Positions 18,289 to 28,574 of a DNA stretch of 64,000 nucleotides are shown piece by piece (positions within the stretch are counted from its first letter, which is position 1; each line of letters begins with the position of its first letter). The notes beneath the pieces were generated by a model. That model made no database searches, had not been told where the DNA came from, and saw only the letters and a list, made by a program, of their open reading frames with translations. The position numbers were made by a program, and so were the translations under genes. Source of the DNA: a bacterium (GTDB taxonomy: Bacteria; Krumholzibacteriota; Krumholzibacteriia; LZORAL124-64-63); NCBI GenBank assembly GCA_016703265.1, contig JADJCK010000004.1, positions 205,520-269,519 of the forward strand, written 5' to 3'.

Positions 18289-21162
18289 GTGAACTCCGAA
18301 GACCAGCATTCAAGTGATGATATTCGTGCGGAGTCGACTGCTACCCCGGCCCGTTCCACCAACTATTTTGCGCAGGCCACGCGAGATCTTGGCGTCTCGC
18401 GCAAGGCAACGTTCGATCACGAGCTTCCGGCATCACTATTGTCTGTTCTACATGACTTCACGATCGAGGAGTCCCTTGGGCGGGGCGGTGTCGGCACGGT
18501 ATATGCCGCCTTTCAGGTATCGATGCAACGGCGCGTGGCGATCAAAGTTTTGCATCACAACAGCTTGTCCCACCACTCCCTGCCCGCGCGATTCACACGC
18601 GAGGCCTGGATCGGAGGTCGGCTACATCACCCTTCCATAGTGAAAGTGTTTTCACAGGAAGACTGCGGCGAGTTCCAATGCATCGTCATGGAGATGATCG
18701 ATGGGGGCAACCTTGCCCAATGCGTGGCGACAGCGCGAAACCGCTTTGCGCCTGATGATTTGCCGCCCGCGACGGAGTATCGCGACTACCTGCAGGAGAT
18801 CTTGGTCTACTTCATACAGATCGCCGACGCACTCGACCATATCCACCGACGGGGGATCGTGCACCGGGATATCAAGCCCCACAACATTCTGGTGGATCGT
18901 GCGGCTAGACAGGCGTATCTGACTGACTTTGGAATCGCAATCGAATACGGATCCGATCAACTGACGCGCACCGGCGACTTCCTGGGAACCGTGCAATACA
19001 TGTCGCCAGAGCATCTTGATTCTGGCGGGCGCGCGCTGGATCATCGGGCAGACATCTGGTCGTTCGGCGTGACCCTATATGAGGCCGCCACCTTCACGAC
19101 GCCGTTCGCGGGCGGTGCAACATCGACCATGCGCAGCATCCTGGCCGATAGAAGCCTACCGTCCGCGCGGGCACGCCAGCGACACGTGCCGAGGGACCTC
19201 GAGACAATCCTTACTCGTTGTTTGCAGCCGGAACCTGGCCGACGATATGCGACTGCTGCCGACGTGCGCGACGATCTCCAGCGACTTGTCGATGGCCAAC
19301 CGATCTGTGCGCGGCGACCGAGTCGTTTGGAGCGCGTTGGCCGATATCTAGCTCGCAACCGCAGGCGTTTCATGATGGGCGGAGCCGCGTTCTTGATCGC
19401 AACCGCGGTCGTTGTCAGCGCAATTGATGCTGTTGGCGTTCGGATTCGTGATCATAAGACGAATAGGATCCTGCAACAGGTCATCACGCGGAACTTGCCA
19501 GCCCGCGCCCTCAGCACCAATTGGGACCACCTGGAGGAGCACCTGATGGAGCGCGTGCGCGCGCGCCCACGTGATCCGCTTTCGATACTGGCAAGGCGTG
19601 CTGCAAATGGCGTTGCAGTGCGCGTTGCCGAGTTCGGGCCAGTCCACCACGCGAACGCTGTAATCAGCGGACAGGCCCGCCTTAACCCAGGTATTCAATT
19701 CGACAACATCATTGACCTAGAGGCCTCGTGGGACCGTGGTCCATGGGACCCCGTGGCCGTACTCTATACAAACATGTGGGAATCGACGCGGCTCAACTTG
19801 CCCCTGGCCTCATGGGTGGATCCCAGCCGGATCAAGGAAGGGCCTCACATAATGCGGTTTCGCGCGCACGTACGCTATCTAGACGTGGCCGGGATCGCTA
19901 CCGCTGCGAGAGAGCGCCGGGACTATCGATCATTCGACCCCGAGCATCCGGCTACCGCCTGGCCCGTCGGCGACAGTTTTGATGAGTGGTTAGCCGCCGC
20001 GCGCGAAACGCCGTGTCTATTTGAGGAAGACACCGACCTGGGCGAATTTCCGATAGTGCTCTTAGGTTCGATTCCCGATTCCATACCATCGCCTCTTGAG
20101 ATTACGGAAACTGATGAAGCTCGGGCAACGTGGTTCGCGATCGATGAGCTTGTTGTTACCGGAGTTGCCGTGCCGGCCGGGCCGCCCGCGATGTCGATCG
20201 ACTACGTGTCGGGAAACGGTATCCCTCGGACCGCGGCCTGCCCTCCCGATATCGATGCCGAACCTGGGGGCGAATCGCAGGTGCTGATATGCACAATCGA
20301 GCTGAATGGGCGATTCGAGATCCGGTCCGATCGGGCGCTGGCGTTCGAGGACATCTTGCTGCGTTCGCGTGACGGGGACCTACGTGTGGGCGTTGGATCC
20401 GAACGCTTTGCGGTTGGCTGTGTAGTGGAAGGAGAACTGGCCGGCGCCCAGCATGAAAACGCAGGAGGCTTTCGTTATCTTGATTCGATTGGCGACGGGA
20501 TTCAGAGTGGTTTGCCCGACCAGTCGACACGTGAAGCAACCTTGGGTGACGTCTATACGCGACTGGTGCTGAGGGGACGAACAGCGGTTTCTGCGGCCGC
20601 CTGGGATCGCGCCCGAAACGGCGCCAAGCCAACCTTCGCTGTTCTTCCGAGTCGAGCAGTCGCATCACACCATGTGGATGGGGTATATGGTCCGGCTGGG
20701 GCTATGATGAGCTATGTGGCTGACCAGATCGAATGTGTACCGCGAAAACAGCGGTTCGAGCTTCTTCGTGGCAAGTGGAACGACGATATCGTGGCGTTGA
20801 CGGGTGAGGCCAAATGGTCGCCAGCGGCGTCTTCCGCCGCAGAGTCGTTAACCGTTAGGTACCGAATACTCGACGCCGACTGGGATCGCGCGGACGAGAG
20901 ACTGGAGCTCCACTGGGCTGTCGACAATTGGCGTCGGCCCCAGATCGAACTCGGCCACGGTTGGCGGTGGTCTCCACCCGATTCTGTTGCCGTGATCAGC
21001 CCCATGACCAAGGCGGAGCGCGGTTGGTGGCAAGTCACTGTTCCTCGGCCTCTAGACGCAACCGAACTGGACTTCGTCGTGCGTCTGTTTGATCGTCGCC
21101 GGAACCGAGTTGTACAATGGGACAACAACAACGGCAAGGACTGGCGGGTCGACCTCGACTAG
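18289..21162 (+). CDS. receptor-type Hanks Ser/Thr protein kinase with large C-terminal extracytoplasmic domain
   Basis: Kinase motifs GRGGVGTVY, AIK, HRDIKPHNILV, DFG, SPE. TM helix MMGGAAFLIATAVVVSAI. About 580 aa of unassigned C-terminal domain. Confidence 0.8.
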   Translation: MNSEDQHSSDDIRAESTATPARSTNYFAQATRDLGVSRKATFDHELPASLLSVLHDFTIEESLGRGGVGTVYAAFQVSMQRRVAIKVLHHNSLSHHSLPARFTREAWIGGRLHHPSIVKVFSQEDCGEFQCIVMEMIDGGNLAQCVATARNRFAPDDLPPATEYRDYLQEILVYFIQIADALDHIHRRGIVHRDIKPHNILVDRAARQAYLTDFGIAIEYGSDQLTRTGDFLGTVQYMSPEHLDSGGRALDHRADIWSFGVTLYEAATFTTPFAGGATSTMRSILADRSLPSARARQRHVPRDLETILTRCLQPEPGRRYATAADVRDDLQRLVDGQPICARRPSRLERVGRYLARNRRRFMMGGAAFLIATAVVVSAIDAVGVRIRDHKTNRILQQVITRNLPARALSTNWDHLEEHLMERVRARPRDPLSILARRAANGVAVRVAEFGPVHHANAVISGQARLNPGIQFDNIIDLEASWDRGPWDPVAVLYTNMWESTRLNLPLASWVDPSRIKEGPHIMRFRAHVRYLDVAGIATAARERRDYRSFDPEHPATAWPVGDSFDEWLAAARETPCLFEEDTDLGEFPIVLLGSIPDSIPSPLEITETDEARATWFAIDELVVTGVAVPAGPPAMSIDYVSGNGIPRTAACPPDIDAEPGGESQVLICTIELNGRFEIRSDRALAFEDILLRSRDGDLRVGVGSERFAVGCVVEGELAGAQHENAGGFRYLDSIGDGIQSGLPDQSTREATLGDVYTRLVLRGRTAVSAAAWDRARNGAKPTFAVLPSRAVASHHVDGVYGPAGAMMSYVADQIECVPRKQRFELLRGKWNDDIVALTGEAKWSPAASSAAESLTVRYRILDADWDRADERLELHWAVDNWRRPQIELGHGWRWSPPDSVAVISPMTKAERGWWQVTVPRPLDATELDFVVRLFDRRRNRVVQWDNNNGKDWRVDLD

Positions 21163-21248
21163 GCGGAGTTTTCTATATGGGGCGCTCCGGGTTGGCCATC
21201 CAATGTTCAACGGTTGCAGCACTCTGCTGAACATCGCGGCTCTCAAGA

Positions 21249-21446
21249 CTATCGGACCAGCAAATGGTCCAGGTACTCCCACATGAGTGTCGCGACATCC
21301 GACGGTGCCTGACGAGTCAACCCGGCCTTGAACTCTTCGTGTTCTTTCCGGTACATGCGCAGGTGCGATTGGTTTTCGGCGGTGGCAGCCTCTACGTTCG
21401 CAATCCGGTCGGCCAGCTTGAGGATCACGGCCAATTCGTCTTCCCT
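21249..21446 (-). pseudogene. HD-domain protein, C-terminal part (continues 24050..24378 once the IS and one TSD copy are removed)
   Basis: Joining the flanks gives the in-frame reading ...YAKTREDELAVILKLADRIANVEAATAENQ... (KLADRLxN motif of RelA/SpoT HD domains). Confidence 0.7.
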
Positions 21447-21562
21447 TGCGTATTCCAGTGATTTCGGCCACCCGTTCGATCGATTCCGGCCGCGCAGTCC
21501 AGTCCATTCCGGCCACCTGTTCCGACGTATTCGGCCACCGCCGGGCGTAGCGACGGGGATCT

Positions 21563-22220
21563 CATTCGCCCGCCTCCGCAGTCGCGGTCAACGTTTCTCC
21601 TTTCTTTTGCGGGGACTCGCCCGTCAACTCGATCTTGTGCGCGTTGTGGATCCCGGTCCAGGATCGCGTCAGCCAGCGTTGGGTCATCCAGGTACTGGTG
21701 CGGTGCTGACCGGCAGTTGGCTCGTGATCAGGGTCGACCGCGTCTGGTAACGGTCATCGGGCTCGAGCAGGTCCCGCCGGTTCTCTGGCGTCAGTGGCGC
21801 CAGTCCCCAGTCATCGAGCACCAGCAGGTCGGCGCGTGCGAGCTTGGCCAACCGCTTCCGGTAGCTGCCGTCGGCCTTGGCGATCTCCAGATCGTGGCAC
21901 AGCCGCGGCAGGCGCTGGTACGTGACCCGCTGCCCGTGACGGCATGCCTGCTGCGCCAGCGCGCAGCCGAGGTACGTCTTGCCGACGCCGGTCGGTCCGG
22001 TGATCACCACGTTCAGATTCTCCCTGATCCATTGGCACGACGCCAGGGCTCAACACCAGCGTCTTGCTCAGCCCGCGACGACTGCGGTAGTCGATGTCCT
22101 CCGTGCACGCCGGCAGGCGGCGCGCCTGCGTCAGGCGGGTCTTCAGTCGGCGGTTCTCGCGGGCGGCCTCTTCCCGATCGACCAGCAGCCCCAGCCGATC
22201 CTCCGAAGCTCAGGCTGGAT
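21563..22220 (-). pseudogene. istB: istB (IS21 helper ATPase), frameshifted
   Basis: Fragments MVITGPTGVGKTYLG (Walker A), LLVLDDWG, and DPTLADAILDR...IHNAHKIELTGES in a shifted frame (extra G near 21690). Confidence 0.65.
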
Positions 22221-23796
22221 GCGTCCGGGGTCTGCAGCTGGTCGACCAAGGCGTCGGCCATCCCGCCCAGTGCAGGTCGCGCAGCTTCTCCACCGTCGGA
22301 TGGATCAACATGGGCGACCTCCGCGGCGGGAACGGCAGCACGGGCGCGAGTAGTCGGCGCCCGGATGTTCTCGTGCTCGATCGACGGTGTCGGCGGCACT
22401 GGCGACGGCAGCGGCTGCTGGTCCAGGCCGCTCTTGAGGATCGACCCCGCTCTTGCAGCTGCACGCGCCGGTCGCCAGTGCGCGCTCGCAGGCCGCTTCC
22501 AGACGAGCATTTCCGTACTGCTCGCGTCGTATCACGCCCAGGCACGAACGGTAGCCTTGCTGGGGATGGGGCCGGCTCGCGATGATCCGCGTCGCCACCG
22601 CCGCCACCGCGCCACCAGCCTCGCCAGCCCAGCGCACCACTCGCTCCGGCGTCCACTCGGCGTGCTGCCGATGGTGCTCTGGCTGTTCGGGCAGCGTAGC
22701 GGCCCTGCAAGTGGCTGCGCGTGGCTCGCCACCGACGGCCGCGATGCAGCACCTCTACCGTCGACGCCGTCACCCGCGCCTCGCAGCGAAGGCCCACCAG
22801 TTGATGCGGCACCGAGTAGTAGTGCTTGTCCACCGCACGTGGTAGTCGATGCACCTTCACGCGCGGCCATTCGGCGTACTCGTACGGCGAACACGGCAAT
22901 GGCCTGAGCGCCGGCCGATCCAGTTCTTCCCACAGACTGCGCCGACTCGGCCGGTTTCTGGAACCGCTTGTTGTCCAGCGCTTCCAGCAGTTCCGTGATC
23001 GCACGGTTCAGCTCGGCCAACGAGAAGAACGTCCGGTGCCTCAGCTGGCAGGATCCAGCGCTGGCCACTGACCCCGGCCTCGACCTTCGCCTTGTCCTTC
23101 GGGCGGCATACCCGCGCCGGCAGCCGCCACCTCGTAGTGACTGGCCATCTCGGTACGTCGGGTTCAGGTCGGCTCGTGAGGGTGCGGGCTCGTCACCCGG
23201 CTTGAGATTGTCCGGCACCAGCACCTGCGGCACGCCGCCCAGGTAATGCAACGCCCGCACATGGGACGCAATCCAGTCCGGCAGCTTCTGCGTCCACGTC
23301 GCTTCCGCAGTACGTGTAGTTGCTCGCACCAAGCACGGCGACGAACAGGGCCTGCCGGATCTCGCCGGTCAACCGGTCCACCACCGGCACCTGGGCCCGC
23401 GTAGTCGACGAACAGTTTCTCGCCCGCGCGGTGCGTCTGCCGCATACCAGGGTCCTGACGACGGCCACTGGCCGTACAACTCGCAGAACCGGCTGTACTG
23501 GTGACCTTCCGGATGCGCCTCCTTGTGTTTCCTGCCGGCAGGGAACAGCGTCACGCCCTTGTGCCGCTTCAGCTCCAGATGCAACTGTGCCCGTTCGGCT
23601 GCGGCCGCTGATCGGCCGGCAGCGACGACGGCGGCGGGAACAGCAGCGACTCCAGCGCCGCGTCATCCAGATCCTCGGCCAACGGCCATGTCAGACCCGC
23701 CGCCTCCGCCAGCCGCAGATATTCCGCCACCGTGCTACGCGCGATGCCGCAGCTGTGGGCGATGGCCCGGCTGCTCAGGCCGCAGCCTCTTTTCAA
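22210..23796 (-). pseudogene. istA: istA (IS21 transposase), multiply frameshifted
   Basis: Fragments in three frames: HTH (SRAIAHSCGIARSTVAEYLR), the DDE region (GEKLFVDYAG) and HVRALHYLGGVPQVLVPDNLK. Confidence 0.65.
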
Positions 23797-24049
23797 ACGC
23801 AGGACTTCTTTGATCTTTCGCTGGACAACCGCTCTCTGGGCACCTCGGCTCCCTCTACTCGGCGTGTCGCGGTTAGAAGCGCGGTACCCGCTGGGGTGTC
23901 CTGCGTCGCGGTCGGCGTCTACCCTGCCAGGGGGGCCGAATTGCGTCGGAATCGGTGGCCGGTTTCGGTCGGAATGGGTGGCCGAATTGAATCGGAATGG
24001 GTGGCCGATTTGCGTCGGAATCAGTGGCCGATTTCAGTTGGAATACGCA

Positions 24050-24378
24050 TCCCTCGTCTTGGCATAGGTGGCCCGCTTCCTCGCCGCCCGGTTCGCTCCC
24101 GGTTCATCCGTGACGCGCCACACCAGATCTGCGACAGCTTCGCCGAACCGGGAGGCCAGTTCGCTGCGCGTGATCACAGTGTCTTCGAGGCTGTCATGAA
24201 GCCAGGCGGCCACGACAACGGGCGCCGACCATGGTTGCCCAGGAATCACGCCGAACCGCTCCAGGGTATCAACCACGGCCTGCAGATGATCCGTATATGG
24301 ACGCTCACCGTATTGTTGCCCGCTGTGCAGTTCGAAAGCCAACAGTTTGGCTGCGACGAGTCCCTGATCTCCGACCAT
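24050..24378 (-). pseudogene. HD-domain (p)ppGpp-hydrolase-like protein, N-terminal part, interrupted by IS21
   Basis: MVGDQGLVAAKLLAFELHSGQQYGERPYTDHLQAVV...AAWLHDSLEDT (SpoT-type HD motif). The reading frame runs into the IS terminus. Confidence 0.7.
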
Positions 24379-24422
24379 GTGACGCCGTTCCCTATCGCCG
24401 AGGCCCCGGCCTCGCGGGCTGT

Positions 24423-27400
24423 CTAGGAAGCCCCCAGGCTGATCGTCGTCCTGGCGGACCGATCATCCGTTTCGGTGCCATCCCAGATGTGGTGGCCCTC
24501 CCATTCCGCTCCCGCACGCTTGCGGCTCTGGATGGTAACCTGGTTCCGCGGCACATCGATAGTCAGAAGCTGATACGATTGAGGGATGCCTGGCGGCAGA
24601 GCCCGGCTGCGGGCACTGAAACTGCCCGTCGCCAGGAAGTAGACCCGCTGCCGGGTCAACAGATCCATGGCCCCGGCACGATCGCGGTGGATGTGGCCGT
24701 GCAGCCCAAGGCGTGTCCCCAGGGCGCGCAGGTGCCCAGCGAACTGCTCCTCGTCGCGAAAGTCCGCGAGGGGATGATGCCAGACTCCGATTGTCAGCAG
24801 GTCGCCGCTGGAATCGTCCAGCAGCCGCCCCTTCGATCCCACCAATACGTCATCGTGCACCCTTACGTCGTCGGCATGGCAGCGGTCAATGTGCCATGAG
24901 GAATTGTATGCGATGAAGCGCAGACCGATCTGGGGATAGGCGTGCAGGCGAACCTGATCTTTATAGGCCAGCGGATAGGGCTCGCCGTAGACCAGCCGAT
25001 GCAATCGGTGCGAGTACGGCCGAAAGCGATTCGGATAGAAGCCCGCGTCTTTCTTGGTCGGTTCGCAGCCGACCTGCTGCGGGCAATGCCCCAGGTCTGC
25101 CAGGGCCTTGAGGTCGTCCGGCGTGACGTGGCAACAGGTAGCCGCCTCCCAGTCGACGTCGTGGTTCCCGGGTACGACAACCCAGCGCTCGCGCGGCACG
25201 CCCATCCGCTCTTCTAGCATGCGCAGGAACGCATAGACGGAGGCGTACTCGTCCATCGCCGCGGTATCCGCAAGGTCTCCGGTGACGACAACCGAATCCA
25301 AACGCTCGATCTTCAGCCGGTGCTTCAGATCGAACACGAGATCGACCACAAGCTTCCGGATGTTTTCACCGCCGCGGAAGTGCAGATCGCTCAGGTGAAG
25401 GACATGTGCCGGTGCGCGACCGGGTGCAGAACGCTGCGGGATTTCGCACGCTGGGGCTGTTTCGTGCCGGTAATCGACGTCGTGCAGGGCCGCCGCCATT
25501 TCCGGAAGCTCCCAGATCTGGATCTCGCGGCTGCCGTTTGTCGGAACCGCCAGCCCGCCACCGGCGGGATTGAACGACAGACAGCCGCCCGGTTCGTGGT
25601 AGTGCGTGGCATCCATCGCGAGCGAGCCGTCCGCGAGCAGCGAGCCGTCGCGCCACCCCCACAACCGGCAGTGACCGCTGCGGTCAAGCGTCAGCAGGCG
25701 GGAACCGTCCGGCGACAGGCAGAGGCGTACCACGGCGCCTTCCGGCTGAGTCCAGCGGCCACGGTACCGCCGCTCCCTGACGTCCCAGATGCCAATGCGC
25801 CCGTCGTCGCCGCCGGAGATGACAAAGCGGCCCTCTGGCGTCCAGACGACGTCATTGACCGCTTCCAGGTGTCCGGCCGTGATATCGACGAGATCGTTGT
25901 CGACCACGGACCAGATCCTGACGGTTCCGTCGGCTGCGGCCGATGCCAGTTCGTGCCCCGAAGCAGACCACGCCAATGCCCGGACCGGCGCATGATGACG
26001 TCCAAGCGGCGACGAGCGGAGCCGGCAAGCGCCGGGTGTCCGCGTCCACAAGGTAACGGACCCATCGGCGGATCCGCTCGCGAAGGCATCTTCATTGGGC
26101 GCCGCAGCCAGCGCTCCGACACGGCCGTGGCCGGTCTCCAATACGGCCCGGCGCGCCCAGTCCGGCCCATCGAACCTGATGACGCGGCCACGATCGACGG
26201 CCACGATCAGCCCCAGACCATCGGCAGTGCCCGTGACTGCCGTGACATGTCCGTCGATCCGGGCGGTGGCCAGGCAGCGGCGCGCCGTCAAGCTCCATTT
26301 CTCGACTTCTCCGTCCGCGTTGATCAGCGCCAGATGTCGGCCGTCTGGAGTCCAGACAGTGTGGCTGAACCTGCCGCTCCGGCAACCGAGACGCATCACG
26401 CCTTCCGGGTCCACGCGCAGAACCCGAGCCAGTTCGTTCATGGCGTCACCGTTCGCGTCGTCACGGTCGCTGCGCGGATCTCGCGCGGTTCCGGTCTCGC
26501 TGGTCCTGATCATCCATGAGGTAAGCGGTGCAGGCTCGTCCATGCTCGCCGTCCGAACCGGGTCTCCTGCTCCGGCCCGGTCGTGACCACACAAGGCCTG
26601 GAGCTGTGCATGGCGCCGGGCAATTGTGTCGAGAGAAGCACTGTTCATCACATCGGCCAGGGTTGGGGCCACCTTCTCGACGGCGCGTCGCGCGAGTGCA
26701 ACCAGGGCCACTTCGTTACGATCAAGAATCTGCAGCAGCACCGGGTCCAGACGATGGTCAGCTGGACCCTGCGCGATGCCATCGGCGAAGCCGGCGCGGC
26801 GCGCCAGCGCGTCAGCGATCTGGACGACCCCTGCCAAGTCCCAGCGATTCCAACCCTGTACATGGTGCTCAAACGGATCGTGGTGCCCCGCGATGGCACT
26901 GACGGTCTCGGCGGCCAGGTGCGACAACTCGAGCACCTGCGCGGCAACGATGGCGTGGTCTGCTGCGCTCCCGTCCGCCTGGCGCAGGTGACGACGTTCT
27001 CCGTCCTGCGTTGTCAGACCCTCGCCCTGGCAGGTGATCGCCACATGGCGGTAGATGTCTCCGCCGTGCCGGATCAGCAACAACTTGCCGAAATCGTGCA
27101 GGAGCCCCGCCAGGCGAGCCTGTTCGGCGAAAGCTCGATTGCGATGTTCGCCCAGATCATGCGCCAGCTCAGCGACGATCAGGCTGTGGGCGAGCAGATG
27201 GTCCGCGAGCGCGCCCGCCCTGCCGGCCAGATGGCACAGGCCCTGACGCAGCGCACAGTAGTTGACGACGTCGCGCCCCAGACGTGTCACGGCCGTCGGC
27301 AGATCGCTGATCGTGCGCCCGGAGGTTCCGTAGAAGGCGCTGTTGGCGCGGCGCATGATCACGGTGGTCAGATCGGGATCGTTGGCCACGGCTCTGGCCA

Positions 27401-27593
27401 GGCGCCGGTTGTCACTGCACTCGGCTTGGCGCAGCTCCTCAAGCACTACCGCCAACGCCCCGGGCAATGACGCCCGGGCCAGGTTGGGAAGGTCGGGCAC
27501 ATCCACGATGTGGAACAGGTCGGGCTCGCCGGCCGCGCTGGCGGGCTCGTGCTCGATCGTGAGTGCTTCGGCGGTAGTGAATACCAGGCCCAT
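24423..27593 (-). CDS. HDOD domain / WD40 beta-propeller / calcineurin-like metallophosphoesterase fusion protein (1056 aa)
   Basis: N-terminal HDOD (NSAFYG...AVTRLG...AGLLHDFGKLLL). At least four WD repeats (GSADGSVTLWT, AAADGTVRIWSV, GGDDGRIGIWDV). C-terminal metallophosphoesterase motifs (LHLSDLHF, VVTGDLAD, VPGNHD, GHIH). Confidence 0.8.
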   Translation of the reverse strand: MGLVFTTAEALTIEHEPASAAGEPDLFHIVDVPDLPNLARASLPGALAVVLEELRQAECSDNRRLARAVANDPDLTTVIMRRANSAFYGTSGRTISDLPTAVTRLGRDVVNYCALRQGLCHLAGRAGALADHLLAHSLIVAELAHDLGEHRNRAFAEQARLAGLLHDFGKLLLIRHGGDIYRHVAITCQGEGLTTQDGERRHLRQADGSAADHAIVAAQVLELSHLAAETVSAIAGHHDPFEHHVQGWNRWDLAGVVQIADALARRAGFADGIAQGPADHRLDPVLLQILDRNEVALVALARRAVEKVAPTLADVMNSASLDTIARRHAQLQALCGHDRAGAGDPVRTASMDEPAPLTSWMIRTSETGTARDPRSDRDDANGDAMNELARVLRVDPEGVMRLGCRSGRFSHTVWTPDGRHLALINADGEVEKWSLTARRCLATARIDGHVTAVTGTADGLGLIVAVDRGRVIRFDGPDWARRAVLETGHGRVGALAAAPNEDAFASGSADGSVTLWTRTPGACRLRSSPLGRHHAPVRALAWSASGHELASAAADGTVRIWSVVDNDLVDITAGHLEAVNDVVWTPEGRFVISGGDDGRIGIWDVRERRYRGRWTQPEGAVVRLCLSPDGSRLLTLDRSGHCRLWGWRDGSLLADGSLAMDATHYHEPGGCLSFNPAGGGLAVPTNGSREIQIWELPEMAAALHDVDYRHETAPACEIPQRSAPGRAPAHVLHLSDLHFRGGENIRKLVVDLVFDLKHRLKIERLDSVVVTGDLADTAAMDEYASVYAFLRMLEERMGVPRERWVVVPGNHDVDWEAATCCHVTPDDLKALADLGHCPQQVGCEPTKKDAGFYPNRFRPYSHRLHRLVYGEPYPLAYKDQVRLHAYPQIGLRFIAYNSSWHIDRCHADDVRVHDDVLVGSKGRLLDDSSGDLLTIGVWHHPLADFRDEEQFAGHLRALGTRLGLHGHIHRDRAGAMDLLTRQRVYFLATGSFSARSRALPPGIPQSYQLLTIDVPRNQVTIQSRKRAGAEWEGHHIWDGTETDDRSARTTISLGAS

Positions 27594-27806
27594 GTCGTGC
27601 CTCCGTGCGGCGGCGCTGCGCTTATCCCGGATGACCTCCCTCGGGTGCCCTTCAATTGCTGATATCGTTCGTCAATCGCCGATACGGCTTGAGATCGCTA
27701 TTGGACCAGGCTTGCACGTTTGTCTTGTTTTTTGCGGCGCCGTGTTGCGATGCTCCGCTTTGGGCGGTCAAACTCCCTGGTCGGGGCGGAACTCGTTCGT
27801 GAGTGC

Positions 27807-28574
27807 TTAACAATCCTCCCGGATAAATCGCTCGAGGAATGCCTCGTAGGCCCCCTTCATCGGCAGCCCCAGATCGACGCATAGACCGCGTCCCGAAGCT
27901 CGGGCCCCCGTACCATCTGCGTCGGAGACCGTTGACGATTGATTGCCTTCCCAGTAGACACCAATGCCGCGGCGCTGCCAGGCCGGCAGGTCATTGAAAT
28001 TGATGCCGGCCCGCTCATACAACAGGTCGTTCTTGGCGGCAGTCGACATCCCCGCGAGCTGAGTCGCAGACTCGGCCGGGGTCCGGCCCTCCCGTCGCAA
28101 CTGCCAATAGCAGTGTCCGTTCAGTGCATTGCGGTGGGCGTCATCGGCGCGCCAGCGGAAGTAGCTCAGGACGCGCGCCCGGTCGGGCAACTGGGCGATC
28201 CGGGCGTCGAACGCCGCGGGTATCCCCAATCGGTGGGTAAACCACGCGCTGGCTTCGCCGGCCAGGATCGATTCGTACTTACGAAGCTTGCGGCCAAAGG
28301 CGTCTTCGTCGCGGTCCAAAAGCAACGAGATCTCATCGCTCTGCGTGTATGCATAGACGACGCGAAATCCGCACGACATCAGGTGCTTGGTCGTCTCGAC
28401 CATGTGGTCGCGAAATGATTCGTCATACGGTGCGGTGAAACAACACACTTCGCGTGTCAGGCGGGTGAAGTTGCGGCCATCGATCCGCACTACAATGTGC
28501 AGGCCTGGCAGGACACAATGGTCGTGCGCGGTTTCGAAGATCCGCATCGCGGTATCAAGATCCGTGAACCTCAT
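27807..28574 (-). CDS. tRNA(His) guanylyltransferase Thg1-like protein (3'-5' polymerase)
   Basis: ATG at 28574. HIVVRIDGRNFTRL and AYTQSDEISLLL match Thg1 catalytic motifs. Confidence 0.8.
   Translation of the reverse strand: MRFTDLDTAMRIFETAHDHCVLPGLHIVVRIDGRNFTRLTREVCCFTAPYDESFRDHMVETTKHLMSCGFRVVYAYTQSDEISLLLDRDEDAFGRKLRKYESILAGEASAWFTHRLGIPAAFDARIAQLPDRARVLSYFRWRADDAHRNALNGHCYWQLRREGRTPAESATQLAGMSTAAKNDLLYERAGINFNDLPAWQRRGIGVYWEGNQSSTVSDADGTGARASGRGLCVDLGLPMKGAYEAFLERFIREDC

Larger units (their letters stand above)
21447..24049 (-). mobile_element. IS21-family insertion sequence (2603 bp) with intact ends and 5-bp TCCCT target-site duplication; internal istA/istB frames disrupted
   Basis: Terminal inverted repeat TGCGTATTCCAGTGATTTCGGCCA at 21447-21470 and the reverse complement of TGGCCGATTTCAGTTGGAATACGCA at 24025-24049. 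Flanks carry TCCCT | TCCCT. Arrays of ~23-bp subterminal direct repeats at both ends. Confidence 0.8.

Noticed and set aside
23932-24047. Tandem ~23-bp repeats that superficially resemble a CRISPR array
   Set aside because: Units are contiguous with no spacers and are mirrored at the other IS21 end. They are IS21-family subterminal transposase-binding repeats.
25320-26519. 399-aa +strand ORF inside the HDOD-WD40-phosphoesterase gene
   Set aside because: Antisense to clear WD40 repeats; no motifs.
27700-27760. Palindrome GCGGCGCCG adjacent to a T-run, considered as a terminator
   Set aside because: The T-run precedes rather than follows the palindrome on the + strand, and on the minus strand an A-run follows, so neither orientation gives a hairpin plus U-tract.
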